Part shown: one piece after another, positions 9,947 through 20,266 of the stretch
Numbering within the stretch: position 1 is the stretch's first letter
Layout of the letters: each line of letters begins with the position of its first letter
Origin: an uncultured Pseudomonadota bacterium
GTDB taxonomy: Bacteria > Oederibacteriota > Muellerivitia > Muellerivitales > Muellerivitaceae
DNA length: 36,623 nucleotides
Reading direction: 5' to 3'
NCBI GenBank assembly: GCA_963843375.1
Contig: CAWJKT010000028.1
Coordinates: 1-36,623 of the forward strand
Notes under the pieces: model-generated
Database searches by the model: none
What the model saw: only the letters and a program-made list of their open reading frames with translations
What the model was told of the DNA's origin: nothing
Translations under genes and position numbers: made by a program

Positions 9947-10902
9947 GGCACGGCCTCCCCGGGCGGAACAACGATGTGGATCTTGACACTTTGCTGGGAG
10001 GCGTTGAGGTTGTTATCCCCATTGATTAGAATTCCGGTAACGAATTGGTTGTTCAAATCGCCAAGACAGGAGTTGGTTTGTAAACCCTGTGATCCGCCCT
10101 CCGGGTTTGCGGGTGAATTGCCTGAACCGCTGGTGGGATTGTTGGTGGAACCGCCGTTGGAAGTATCCTCGCCGTTGTCGGTTCCGCTGTTTCCGTTGGA
10201 ACCGCCGTTGTTCCCGGAATTATTACCATTATTACTATTACTTCCCGATCCGTTGCCCGAGGATCCGCCAGAACTTCCTTTGCCGCCGTTATTCCCACTT
10301 TCTCCTTTTGAAGGAGAACCCGCGTTGGCAAATTTTCCGTCCCAGTGCCCGTTCAGGAAATGGCCCCCCTGCCCATGGGAGAATAATTGAGTCGTTCCAC
10401 CGCTCGCCGCGCCCACCACGCCTTCGAAAACATTTAAATCCAAAGCTTTAGTGTCGGGATTAAAGAGCATGGAAAAATGTGTTCCCCGGACACCGCAAAC
10501 CACCCCGCCCGCCTCCACCTCGAAACTGGATTTGGAGCTCATGAGTTTTCGCACCTGGGCGAAAAGTTTTCCGATTGCCAGCTTGAATAAAAAATTCTTG
10601 GTGTCGGGGGAAGGCAGGGTCAAAGAGGTAATGGTTAAACGACTATTGGCTGCCAAATCCAGGGAGGAACCATCCGGCAGGCTAACGGAAGCCTGGGAAT
10701 CGGATTCGACCTCAATGGTATCTCCGGGATGAACCACGTGGCCAAGGATGGCTTTACGAGAATGGCCTTTAGGGGTAAAAACTTTGACTTGTCCATTCAC
10801 CTTGGAAAAAGTAGCGTCCTTGTTCCCTTCCCCCAAGACATTGGAGACAGACCCGTAGGCCGATAAAAGAAAAATCGAAAATAAAATGCCAACTTTTTTC
10901 AT
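9943..10902 (-). CDS. Secreted FecR-domain protein with a Gly/Asn/Ser-rich linker
   Basis: Signal peptide; G.V.V..GDTIEVESDSQASVSLPDGSSLDLAANS..L.IGKLF..FEVEAGGVVCGVRGTHF..VFEGVV is a FecR-domain pattern; followed by a G/N/S tract. Confidence 0.88.
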   Translation of the reverse strand: MKKVGILFSIFLLSAYGSVSNVLGEGNKDATFSKVNGQVKVFTPKGHSRKAILGHVVHPGDTIEVESDSQASVSLPDGSSLDLAANSRLTITSLTLPSPDTKNFLFKLAIGKLFAQVRKLMSSKSSFEVEAGGVVCGVRGTHFSMLFNPDTKALDLNVFEGVVGAASGGTTQLFSHGQGGHFLNGHWDGKFANAGSPSKGESGNNGGKGSSGGSSGNGSGSNSNNGNNSGNNGGSNGNSGTDNGEDTSNGGSTNNPTSGSGNSPANPEGGSQGLQTNSCLGDLNNQFVTGILINGDNNLNASQQSVKIHIVVPPGEAVP

Positions 10903-11124
10903 AAGATTCTCAAAAGCCTTTGATGAATCAGTATTCTTAGACCCGGACCCGGAAAGCTTGGCGTCCCGTTAACAGCCGCAGATCTAAATAAAAAAATGCA
11001 CTTTGGAGTTATCAAAAAACTCCGAATAACTTCAATCACGGCTCAGATATTCAATCGTTATTTAAAAGCGGGGCGTCGTTTTTGCTGGCCTATGCGGAGA
11101 GAAAATGTCGAAGACCTTATTAAA

Positions 11125-11382
11125 TTAAAGCGGCGAAACAAAGAGTCTTATTACGGATTGGTTCCACGAGGATGAGTACTGCCGAACGATGGGATTGGTT
11201 TTAGTCCCGCGTTTCACGGAAGACTTGCTTCCGGTGGGAGCCGAGGTGCTCACCAGTGTCCCTTTAATTGGATTTTGCTTGCTTCCCAATGGAGCCCCAT
11301 TGGTGCTGGTCTGAGCCAGAACCATGGCCGGTGCGACGGTGGCCATGACCGCGGTCACTGTCAAAAAATATTTTCGAATCAT
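11125..11382 (-). CDS. Small secreted protein
   Basis: Strong GAAGGAGG RBS, signal peptide ending VLA-Q, 85 aa. Confidence 0.7.
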   Translation of the reverse strand: MIRKYFLTVTAVMATVAPAMVLAQTSTNGAPLGSKQNPIKGTLVSTSAPTGSKSSVKRGTKTNPIVRQYSSSWNQSVIRLFVSPL

Positions 11383-11738
11383 AAAAACCCTCCTTCAAAA
11401 ACTTGGCAACGCCCATATATTAGGGCCAAAACTAGAATTTAGAAAATAAAAAACATTTTTCCTGGCAGAAAACGATCCCAAAATCGGAATGGTCCGATGC
11501 GGGTAAATTCCATTCAGAACAAGGATTTTTACGGTTCTTCTAAAAAGGCATGAGTGAAAGCAAGGCAAGAAATCGGGTTTGAACCAACATTTCCGTCAGG
11601 ATGGTAGATTTTGAATCGATTCCGTCCCTCAAGTGTTAAGTTAAGAAAGTGTTAAATCCAATATATTTGAGCGACGCCAATTGGCGAATATCTGCGATTG
11701 CCGGATTCGCCATTAGTCATGCAGTGAAATTGTTTCTT

Positions 11739-13256
11739 TCATTTTCCATTTTCAATGATTGAAGGACGGAATAAGGTAAAAGCGGATATTTGACCCGCTT
11801 GTCCAAAATGACTTTTGGACAAGAAATCGCCAACAGTATTTTGAGGATCAGTGACTTCCGGTTTGGACAATATTACCAATGTTGGTTTGGGGAGACTGTT
11901 TAAGAAATCCGCACTGGCGTTCGCAATGACAAAAAGGACCTTTGAGTCGTCTATGTTTAGCGGTCGATCGTCTTTACCTTTGATGGCATAGTAACTGAAG
12001 GGCGGAGCCGACACCCACCAAACAACGCCATTCGCTGTCAATTCGCTTTGGGCAATACTGACCGCGCTTCGGTAATCGTCGCGGGCTTGCGACGGATTAA
12101 GCCGGACATTCAAAGCCGAAATTGCCAAAAGCGAAACTAACGACACCAATAAAACTCTGCTCAATAAAGATGGTTTAATCCTGGAATATCCGAAATCGAC
12201 AAGAAAAATTAGAAACGGCAGCAAGTAGGAAAGGTGCCTTCCCCAAAAAGGCCAATGGTAAACATTTGATAAGACGGTAAGAAGAAACGCGCTCAATAAC
12301 ACGAAGATCAGGGTGCAAAATACGAAATTGTTTTCGCGGATCTCATTACTTTTTACGGCGAAATACAAAATAACCATATAACAGCAAAGCAGCAAAATGA
12401 TCGGTAATAAATGCGGGATAATCTGAAGAAACGCGTTTTTTACTCCCGAGCGCGCCGTTTCCCTTAAAAGGGTTCTCCCCGGCCCCAAACCGGAGAATCC
12501 AAGGAGCTCATAGAAAGAAAATATAAGGTTGAACGCGCTTACTTTCCAAAGCTTCGCGCCACCAGCGCCATTGATTAACTTGTAAAAATAAAATGACGAG
12601 AAAAAGAATAATGTAAAAACATTGATTCCCGCCCAGAAAAAGCGAAAACTCTTCTTAACGTATTCTCTTTGATGATAAAAATATATTGTGAACGAGAGGA
12701 CCGGAATCAAGCCAAGCAAATGACTTCCAACCAGAATAAATACGGCCCAGGTGTACCAAACGATCCAGGTGGCTTTATGCTGGAACAAAAGAACGGCTGA
12801 CAAGAGCAATAAACTCCCCCCGGCAATCCACATTGAGTAGGGGCGAAATTCACCCAGGTAATACCAACAAAATGGGTGGACAGCGGAAAAAAGGAATAAT
12901 TTCCGGGAGAATCCCAGCTTTGATAAATAAAACATCGCAAAAACCGTGACGCCAAACCAGATGATGTTAAAACTTCGCAACGCAGTTTCTTGGGAACCAA
13001 CAACCCATTTCCACCCCCATGCCAGAACCATGAATAACGGCATTTCCGAATCGGAAGTTTTATCGATCCACAAATTATGCAGAAGATCAGAAAACGAAGG
13101 CGATTTGATAAAGTTATAGGTGCTGATTTCATCCCACCAAAAGCTCTGATCGCCTATCAGTAAATACGAACCGGCGATGAAAACAATAATGACCGCGGCC
13201 CATTTAATAAAAGGAACCGCGAAAAAATCAGTGATCGCGGAAATAATTCTCGTCAA
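11739..13256 (-). CDS. Polytopic membrane glycosyltransferase, GT-C fold (PMT/ArnT/GT39-like)
   Basis: QSFWWDE acidic motif after the first TM; PLF..L..W; LRSFNI; HPFCWYYLGEFRPYS (E-x-R-x-Y); RHLSYLLP; DDYRSAV start of the periplasmic domain; ~11 or more TM segments. GAAGGGAG RBS before a TTG start. Confidence 0.8.
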   Translation of the reverse strand: MTRIISAITDFFAVPFIKWAAVIIVFIAGSYLLIGDQSFWWDEISTYNFIKSPSFSDLLHNLWIDKTSDSEMPLFMVLAWGWKWVVGSQETALRSFNIIWFGVTVFAMFYLSKLGFSRKLFLFSAVHPFCWYYLGEFRPYSMWIAGGSLLLLSAVLLFQHKATWIVWYTWAVFILVGSHLLGLIPVLSFTIYFYHQREYVKKSFRFFWAGINVFTLFFFSSFYFYKLINGAGGAKLWKVSAFNLIFSFYELLGFSGLGPGRTLLRETARSGVKNAFLQIIPHLLPIILLLCCYMVILYFAVKSNEIRENNFVFCTLIFVLLSAFLLTVLSNVYHWPFWGRHLSYLLPFLIFLVDFGYSRIKPSLLSRVLLVSLVSLLAISALNVRLNPSQARDDYRSAVSIAQSELTANGVVWWVSAPPFSYYAIKGKDDRPLNIDDSKVLFVIANASADFLNSLPKPTLVILSKPEVTDPQNTVGDFLSKSHFGQAGQISAFTLFRPSIIENGK

Positions 13257-13430
13257 AAAAATCTCCCTTCAGACCCTGGTACTTTGGAATAAATGATCAA
13301 ATGTTTCTGCAATTGGGGGTGCAATCTACAAGCCCGTTTAAAACGGGTCAGAAACCGGGATAAACAAAACCTAAATCTCGGAGGGTATTAAAAGGGTAAC
13401 CCGCAGGGCATCCGGCGTTCTTTTTCAAAG

Positions 13431-15254
13431 CTATTCATCCGGGGCGTCTCGGTATAATTTCACTTTAGCTTCCTGTGAGGAAACGGACCATTCGCCATTG
13501 GATTTCTTTGGAACCACAATAAAATAATACACGTCCTGGCCTCCCGGAATATCCAAAAGCGCGGTTGTTTCTTCCTTTTTCATCTCCTTGTAAATCTCAT
13601 AAACCCCATCCGCGCCAAAGCTGTAAAGAAGAGTGTAGCCCACTGCGTCAGGATCACCGTCCCAAGCCAAGAAAACCTGGCGGTTGGGTTGGGGACTGGC
13701 TCTCAAATGACGAGGAGAAGTTACCGAAAGCCCTTCAATTTCATTCGGCGTGGGATACCAAAGATAACTCCCCAGATTTTTTTCCCGTCCTCCCTTGTGG
13801 ACAGCGGTGACAATCCATTCCCATCCCCAATATTCGGAAGTACCGGTCAACCAGACCTTATTCGTCTTTTTCGGTTCTTGACTCACCTTCTCCACTTGTC
13901 CCGCTGGTGACTGCCGATAGATGTTATAGCCAATAACCCCAGACTCATCGGAAGAAGCCCAGGAAAGTTGTAATCCAACCGAATCTACCTTTCCATAAAG
14001 CCCCTTGGAAACCGATTCTTTGGCCTTATTCCCGACCTGAGCCTGATATTGCGCTTTAAGGACGATATCTTTACTCGTCGTCCGGGTCAAAACTTCATCG
14101 GACGGAAAGCTCTGGCTTCCTCCTGTTCCGAGCGAGCGAACGGAGATTCGGTAAAGGGTATCCGGAGAGTAATCCCTGAAATCGTAGGCTAGACCAGAAA
14201 CAGGCGGCGAGACAATTAAATCTCCCCCATCCATCGGCTGTATCAGGACCTGATATGACTCCACCGGACCCTGGGCTTTTTCCCACCGTATTTGCAAGGC
14301 CTCAAAAGTTTGGCGGACGGTCACATATTTAGGAGCATTTGGCTCCCCTCCCGAAACCCAGGGTCCATCCCATTGGAATAGGCCTGAGAGCCGCTGGACT
14401 GATCCGAGATCGTTGTAGGGTTCGAAAGCGTAATCCAACTGAAAAAATGAAAACTTTACCCCGGCCCCCGCAGAAAAACCTTCGACTTGGGAATTGGTCA
14501 GGTAACCTGCGCGAACGGCAAACATATTCTTGAACCAATACTCGGCCCCGATGCTAAATCTCTGAGTGTCTTCCGTGGCTACGTAAGAAGTGTCCATTGC
14601 CAGGGTGAGGCTATGCGTGGGATTCTCTAAGGCAGTCCAAGCCAGACCACCATCCACTACTAATGGCAATGGTTCTATGGTAGAAAATTTGATTCCGGGA
14701 CCCATGTTCAGAACGCTCCCGGCCAGAGTCAATTGGGGAAGGAAGCGATAACGGGCACCCATGTCGAAAGCAAAGCCGGTACCTTGAAGCGTGGCTACTT
14801 TTTCATTGATGTATTTGGCTGCCACGCCCAAATGGAGATTGGAAAAAGATTTACCCCAAGCCCCAATAAAAGCCGTGTCCTGGACGGAAGCAGACGTTGC
14901 CTCGGGATTGCTGGTACTGTTGAAAGGGGCCGTACCCATTCCAAGATAACCCAATCCTAAAACACCCGAACTTCCCATGGGTATGGCGGCCCCCAGAAAA
15001 TCGAAGCCGATATCAGCAATGAATGACTCATGCCCATAGCCGATCTCCGGCAAACGAATATTGGCCAAACCCGCAGGGTTGAAGGAAAGCGTGTTAATGT
15101 CGTCCGCAACGGCGCTGAAGGCCTGTCCCATACCATCGGGCCGGGCTCCGGTGGTCATGAGCAAAAAATCTGCTCCCGATGTCAAGGACGATTGACTCCA
15201 TAAGGGTGTCACGTAACCCCAAAAAACGAATAAAAGCAAATAGCGAATTCTCAT
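13431..15254 (-). CDS. PorV/PorQ (UPF0164)-family outer-membrane barrel with C-terminal fibronectin type III-like domains
   Basis: [32 protein letters not shown] family signature; FAFDMG; IGAEYWF..AVRAGY..GFSAGAG..QLDYAF. Then [23 protein letters not shown], and two more LSW..GY.IY / LAW..GY.L FN3-like units. Confidence 0.88.
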   Translation of the reverse strand: MRIRYLLLFVFWGYVTPLWSQSSLTSGADFLLMTTGARPDGMGQAFSAVADDINTLSFNPAGLANIRLPEIGYGHESFIADIGFDFLGAAIPMGSSGVLGLGYLGMGTAPFNSTSNPEATSASVQDTAFIGAWGKSFSNLHLGVAAKYINEKVATLQGTGFAFDMGARYRFLPQLTLAGSVLNMGPGIKFSTIEPLPLVVDGGLAWTALENPTHSLTLAMDTSYVATEDTQRFSIGAEYWFKNMFAVRAGYLTNSQVEGFSAGAGVKFSFFQLDYAFEPYNDLGSVQRLSGLFQWDGPWVSGGEPNAPKYVTVRQTFEALQIRWEKAQGPVESYQVLIQPMDGGDLIVSPPVSGLAYDFRDYSPDTLYRISVRSLGTGGSQSFPSDEVLTRTTSKDIVLKAQYQAQVGNKAKESVSKGLYGKVDSVGLQLSWASSDESGVIGYNIYRQSPAGQVEKVSQEPKKTNKVWLTGTSEYWGWEWIVTAVHKGGREKNLGSYLWYPTPNEIEGLSVTSPRHLRASPQPNRQVFLAWDGDPDAVGYTLLYSFGADGVYEIYKEMKKEETTALLDIPGGQDVYYFIVVPKKSNGEWSVSSQEAKVKLYRDAPDE

Positions 15255-17806
15255 TGCTTCAAGGCCGCTACTTTACGAAGAACGGTTGAGCCGTCGGCTT
15301 CATGGACCGCTACGATGTAAAGCCCCGTGGAAACGGTTGAGCCGCCCTCATCCTTACCATCCCAAATGGCGTAATCGACGCCAATGACAGGGGATATATG
15401 ACGAATGATAGCGCCGTTAATTTTGTGAATGGTAATTCCGGTAAGAGGACCTTTGCTAATACTGTATTGAATAACCAAAGCCGGCCCACTTAGGACATCG
15501 AAAACGTTGGTGCTGAGATAAACGACATCCGGCGCGAGGATGGGAGTCTGGGTTACGGTCGTGGTGGTGGTAAAGGTGGGGGTTACCGTACCAGTAGATG
15601 TAATGGTGGATGTGGGCGTGAGAGTTGGGGTGTTCGAAGTAGTACTGGTTGGAGTTGAAGTGCATGTAGTTGTAAGGGTATTTGTTGGAGTATTCAAGAA
15701 GGTATTGGTTGGAGTGGGGGTATCAGTGACCGTACTTGTAGCGGTGTTAGTCGCTGAAAAAATGAATGTGTTTGTAGGCGTGAACGAAACGGTAGAGGTG
15801 GGAGTATCGGTAACCGAATTTGTTACCGTAGCAGTAGGTGTATTCGAAAATGTGTTTGTGGGGGTGGGGGTTGCGGTGTTGGTGGCAGTATTGGTCGGGG
15901 TTGAGGTATCCGTTAGGGTACTTGTTGAGGTAGGTGTCGGGGTGTTAGTAGCCACAATGGATACGACCACTGCCCACCATGTGGAAAGAGAACTACTAAC
16001 GCTCACTGTCACCGTATCGTTGGAATTGACCGTCGTGTCACTCGAGGGCACATTAATCCACGACGATCCATTAAAATAAACAACTTCCAAACTTGAGGTG
16101 GGCAGGCTCCCTAATTCGGCGGGATTATAAGGAAGAGTCAGGGTGTAGTAACAGTTGGGGTTATCACCTCCAGAATTTACAAGAAAAATCGATGACGGAA
16201 GAAATTGGGCAAGGTTCACATTTTGAGTCGCTGGTGCATTGCTAACATTAAATTGGTAGACCGTGATCGTCAAAGGCATGGAAAGGAATGTGCAAGGAGA
16301 AGTGATGCTTAAATTGTTTATCCCAAAGCCCGAGAAAGTAGCCGGTAGTGCCAGACTATTATAAATAAAGATATTCCCCCCCGCATATGGGGTCTGGGTA
16401 GCCGTCGGGGTGAACGTCGACGTGTTAGTTTCCGTATTGGTCGGGGTAAAGGTGGTTGTCCAAGTAGGTGTAATCGTAGCTGAAAATGTAGGCGTAAAGG
16501 TAGAAGTGGGTGTCGCGCTGTTTGTGGGAGTTCCGCTTGGAGTCGGAGTTCCGCTGTCGGTTGGCGTATTTGTCGGGGTTCCCGTATCGACCGGAGTATT
16601 CGTGGGTGTATCAGTAGTCGTTAATGTGGGTGTTTGAGTCACTGTGTCGGTAAGGCTGTTGGTAGGAGTGGCGCTGGGAGTCGGGGTTCCGCTATCAGTC
16701 GCAGTATTTGTGGGAGTACCCGTATCCACCGGAGTACTGGTCGGCGAAGCAGTTGCAGTGGATGTTGACGTCTGACTTTCCGTGAAAGTTGCAGTATTCG
16801 ATGGGGTATTTGTGAAAGTTAAAGTCGGGGTCCAGGTTGCGGTCGGCGGGGTTAGGGTGCCCGTTGGTGTTCGAGTCGGGGTGCCTGTGCGAGTACTGGA
16901 TGGAGTGTTCGTGGGCTTGGGGGTATGGGTGGATGAAGGTGTATTCGTCGGAGTTTCCGTGTCGACCGGAGTTTCGGTTTGGGTATTGGTGGTTGTGGAT
17001 GTCGGAACCAGAGTTTCCGTATTGGTCGGAGTATTCGTTGAAGTAGAAGTGAATGTAGGCGGGACCGGACTATTAGTCACGGTGTTCGTCAAAGTAGATG
17101 TCGCCGTCGCGGGAACCGGGCTATTGGTAACCGTATTCGTTGGAGTTGAAGTTTCAGTGGGTGGAATTGGACTGTTGGTGGCAGTATAGCTTGGAGTTAA
17201 AGTTTCGGTAGGCGGAACTGGACTGTTGGTGGCCGTATAAGTTGGGGTTGAAGTCGGGGTAAACGGAATTGGGCTGTTGGTTGGCGAATTTGTAAACGTA
17301 TTTGTGACAGTTGGAGAAGGGGAGCAGAGAGCTTCGGTGTTAGTGGCCGATGCTGAAGCAATGGACACTCCCTCGTTATCCAATTCTGCATAGTTGATAA
17401 GCGTTCCACCGCAATTATTCAAATAGCCCTCAACAGTCACGGATAAATTGCTGTTGATGGGCAAATCCATGGCCCAGGTTAATGTGTTCGAAATCGTTGT
17501 GGGAGTATTTCCATCCCCATCTTCAGAGACGTAAGTTACCGATAAATCACTTGGTAGGTTATCCGTTAATGTTGCCGTCGTCATATCTTGGGATGTCGTG
17601 GTGACAGCAATAGCGTAAGTAATTGGATCCCCTGTATTAATGGGGGAAGGAGAATCGCGGTCCAATTCCAGCATGTTAACGGTTGTCGCTTGGGCAAAGG
17701 CTTGGTGGGACGGAAAGAAAAATAAGCAGGAGAGGATACCTGCCACCGAAAAGGAGCGAATATTTTTGATGCAAAAAATCCTGGAAAAAATCCGGTTTTG
17801 TTTCAT
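15251..17806 (-). CDS. Secreted Thr/Pro-rich surface protein: DUF11 domain, Thr stalk, globular domain, Thr stalk, FlgD-Ig/T9SS-CTD-like C-terminus
   Basis: Signal peptide (..AFA-Q); DUF11 pattern [20 protein letters not shown]; long T-x-T-x tracts; C-terminal [33 protein letters not shown]. Confidence 0.88.
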   Translation of the reverse strand: MKQNRIFSRIFCIKNIRSFSVAGILSCLFFFPSHQAFAQATTVNMLELDRDSPSPINTGDPITYAIAVTTTSQDMTTATLTDNLPSDLSVTYVSEDGDGNTPTTISNTLTWAMDLPINSNLSVTVEGYLNNCGGTLINYAELDNEGVSIASASATNTEALCSPSPTVTNTFTNSPTNSPIPFTPTSTPTYTATNSPVPPTETLTPSYTATNSPIPPTETSTPTNTVTNSPVPATATSTLTNTVTNSPVPPTFTSTSTNTPTNTETLVPTSTTTNTQTETPVDTETPTNTPSSTHTPKPTNTPSSTRTGTPTRTPTGTLTPPTATWTPTLTFTNTPSNTATFTESQTSTSTATASPTSTPVDTGTPTNTATDSGTPTPSATPTNSLTDTVTQTPTLTTTDTPTNTPVDTGTPTNTPTDSGTPTPSGTPTNSATPTSTFTPTFSATITPTWTTTFTPTNTETNTSTFTPTATQTPYAGGNIFIYNSLALPATFSGFGINNLSITSPCTFLSMPLTITVYQFNVSNAPATQNVNLAQFLPSSIFLVNSGGDNPNCYYTLTLPYNPAELGSLPTSSLEVVYFNGSSWINVPSSDTTVNSNDTVTVSVSSSLSTWWAVVVSIVATNTPTPTSTSTLTDTSTPTNTATNTATPTPTNTFSNTPTATVTNSVTDTPTSTVSFTPTNTFIFSATNTATSTVTDTPTPTNTFLNTPTNTLTTTCTSTPTSTTSNTPTLTPTSTITSTGTVTPTFTTTTTVTQTPILAPDVVYLSTNVFDVLSGPALVIQYSISKGPLTGITIHKINGAIIRHISPVIGVDYAIWDGKDEGGSTVSTGLYIVAVHEADGSTVLRKVAALKQ
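17027..17281 (-). repeat. Five degenerate 51-nt (17-aa) coding repeats TNSP(V/I)P.T.T.T....
   Basis: TNSP codons recur every 51 nt (~17281, 17230, 17179, 17128, 17077). Confidence 0.85.
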
Positions 17807-18039
17807 AAACGACTAAAAGTCAGGGTTCCTTTTCTGTTTAAACGCATCTTATTTCTAGGTTAATCGTAAACCGGTAGGTTACCACAGGAGTAAACCCAGG
17901 ACAAGACGACCCAAAATCTAAAAATGATTTTTGTTTTTGCCCGAAAACAGCAAATTCTTTGAGGTTAGTGATTGTTTGTTAACTTTTTCAAATTGAGTCA
18001 AGAAAGTTTTTAGTCAAATCATCATTATCATTTTCGACC

Positions 18040-18061
18040 TTAGTTAAAAAACATTAACTAA
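18040..18061. promoter_or_regulatory. Palindromic candidate operator
   Basis: TTAGTTAA-aaaaca-TTAACTAA, perfect 8-bp arms, ~235 nt upstream of the 17806 start codon. Confidence 0.35.
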
Positions 18062-18145
18062 TCTATGGCAAATTTGAAAGCTAGGCCCCCTGCTTGAATT
18101 GCCTACATTGGATTCGATATGGGTTTGACAATCCCCTTCTAGCGT

Positions 18146-18940
18146 TCACGAATCTCCATTGAGACTAATGGCGGGTTTTTCACTTACGAGGGTTTGAAAA
18201 TATTCCAGTTGAAGTTCATCGTGTTCGATCCCCTCGAGCACCACCCGGCCCGGGTAACCCGAGATGAGGGATTTGGGTTTAGTATATTTCCAGGATAAGA
18301 CGCTTCCATAACCGACGATGGACTCATCAGGCAATTCCGTTCCCTGGAATATTCCGCAACGGGAAGTGATCCAAACATGGTTCCCTATTAAAATCGGTTT
18401 AGGTGGATTCAATATTTTTCCCTCGGCCCTGATATTGTGGTAAGCCGTGTCCATGAAGAGGTTTTCCCATCCAACGCGCAAATGGTCCCCGAAAGTGATG
18501 GACATGTCACAACAAAACTGATTGTTTACGTTGATAAGAATGTTCGAACCGAATGAAAGGACGGCTTCCTTGAGTTGGATCGTTATCTTGTTGCCCAATC
18601 CCATGACCAGCGGGCCCTTGAAGACGACTTTCCCCCAAACGTCCCAGACGTTCCTATCGAATTCAACATTCGACAAATTATTCTCGGCGAAACCGATTCG
18701 AACCATTCCGAACTTCACAGGCGCATCAATAACCACCGTCCCGCCCATGTGCATCAGGTGGACCCTGTGCGAAATCCATATTGGGAAACGGAGAGCATCC
18801 TTGAATTTGAAATATTTGAAGTTAAAAAAAATGGTCTTGGGAATCGCCCGAAGAAGAAGGCAAATCCTCCGTCCGCGCGACTGGGGACGCAGGGGAATTT
18901 TCAATACAAACTTTGAAAATCGAGCAAACTTTCGAAACAC
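18146..18940 (-). CDS. Left-handed beta-helix (hexapeptide-repeat) acyltransferase of the polysaccharide O-acetyltransferase type
   Basis: ITFGDHLRVGWENLFMDTAYH..KPILIGNHVWITSRCGIFQGTELPDESIVGYGSVL..LISGYPGRVV. Confidence 0.85.
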   Translation of the reverse strand: MFRKFARFSKFVLKIPLRPQSRGRRICLLLRAIPKTIFFNFKYFKFKDALRFPIWISHRVHLMHMGGTVVIDAPVKFGMVRIGFAENNLSNVEFDRNVWDVWGKVVFKGPLVMGLGNKITIQLKEAVLSFGSNILINVNNQFCCDMSITFGDHLRVGWENLFMDTAYHNIRAEGKILNPPKPILIGNHVWITSRCGIFQGTELPDESIVGYGSVLSWKYTKPKSLISGYPGRVVLEGIEHDELQLEYFQTLVSEKPAISLNGDS

Positions 18941-19206
18941 CTTGCCCCTCTCTTTCCATGCTTAAGCGTTCCAGTCGGAATCCAATAAAATAGTCTCGCA
19001 AAAGCCGAGAACTTTCATTTTGACTATTAAAGATATGGCGAAAAGCCCGCAACTCAATTTAATCGAATTTTTATGTTTAAGTCGCGGAACCCGATTTTGT
19101 TCAATAACCTTTCGGCAAATGCGTATTTTGCCCCCGAACTCGCTGAATGTCATTTCCATTCAGCGTGAAGGCAGCCTTCATTGGCGGCTTCGGTTCCCCT
19201 CGTGAT

Positions 19207-20196
19207 TTACTTACCTTCCATTTCCTTTAAACCAACCTCAATCGTATGAATGTGAACCTGATTTTCATTTAGCTTAAAAAACTTTTCTATTTTTTTGAAA
19301 TTCATGTCGCCAATAGAACAAACTCCAATTTGATTTGCTTCGGCAACACACGTCAGAGTACTTACCATTATTCCGGTTTCGATTATCCCGTAATAGAAGC
19401 CAATTCCGCCATATTTCGGCACGGTTACCTCGGCGTTGTAAATAAAGAAAATTGAAAATGCTGATCCAAGATAAATATTTTGATTTGTAAAATAATGCGC
19501 ATTTTTGGGAACCTCAAACTTGTCATCAACTAAATATAAACTATTGTCAGCGGGTTTATAAAAATATAACCCCCCATTGATATTCGCGACCCGATCCTTT
19601 TTGACATAAACATATACATCGATAGGATAGGAACTGCCTGAACTCGCATAATAATACCGGACATTTTCGGCATTTTTGATTTGGCTAAAGACGGCAAAAA
19701 GGGTTGAAAAAACGGCTTCATCGATCACGCGATTTTTATCAAATGTTCTGCACGTTCTGCGATGACTAATAATTTCCGGAAATTCATTGTTTTGTTTCAG
19801 AATGATTTTTTTATTATTTTCAAAACCATAATCTCGGTTTAAATTTTTTTCCATAAGCTTGCTAAGTTCGATGCCGTCTAATTTCACACCGTCTTTATTC
19901 TTATTGTGAAACAGGTAACCTTGAGGAAAAAATATTTCTTGGGGAGTCAAAACGCCGTTTACGATGATTTTCTTCTTGATCAAGTCCTTTAAAAAATGGA
20001 CGAATTTATTTTTACCAACGTAAGAATACTTGTTTATCAATTCATCAATTGTTATTCCATTTTGAGTTAAAAAATAAAATTCGGGGAATAAATCATTTAC
20101 AAATCCCGAATAAGAAAATATTTCGATTCGTGTTTCGTTTTCGATTTTTTTCCATCTAACCGAGGGAGACCAGAAATATTTTCCGTCATTTTCCAT
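19207..20196 (-). CDS. SagB/ThcOx-type FMN-dependent oxidase (nitroreductase fold; NRPS Ox-like)
   Basis: ISHRRTCRTF; RYYYASSGSSYPIDVYVYVK..GGLYFYKP; PKYG..G..YGIIETG; IGVCSIG. AAGGA RBS. Confidence 0.88.
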   Translation of the reverse strand: MENDGKYFWSPSVRWKKIENETRIEIFSYSGFVNDLFPEFYFLTQNGITIDELINKYSYVGKNKFVHFLKDLIKKKIIVNGVLTPQEIFFPQGYLFHNKNKDGVKLDGIELSKLMEKNLNRDYGFENNKKIILKQNNEFPEIISHRRTCRTFDKNRVIDEAVFSTLFAVFSQIKNAENVRYYYASSGSSYPIDVYVYVKKDRVANINGGLYFYKPADNSLYLVDDKFEVPKNAHYFTNQNIYLGSAFSIFFIYNAEVTVPKYGGIGFYYGIIETGIMVSTLTCVAEANQIGVCSIGDMNFKKIEKFFKLNENQVHIHTIEVGLKEMEGK

Positions 20197-20266
20197 TTCA
20201 TATCCTTGAATAATAGAAACGAATCAGCGCCATTGAAACCGTGAAAAGATAAGCGATTCTTTCGAA

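Noticed and set aside
15540..17189. Val/Gly-rich ORFs (also 7603..7824 and 27706..28089)
   Set aside because: Reverse-complement readings of Thr/Pro codon tracts.
15500..17300. CRISPR array or ice-binding TxT repeats
   Set aside because: The repeats are degenerate and in-frame with no repeat-spacer structure and no cas genes; high Pro content argues against a regular ice-binding beta-helix.
18962..19159. 65-aa ORF as a RiPP (TOMM) precursor or PCP for the SagB enzyme
   Set aside because: No Cys/Ser/Thr-rich core, no leader motif, no DS-L carrier motif, weak RBS, and no YcaO in the window.
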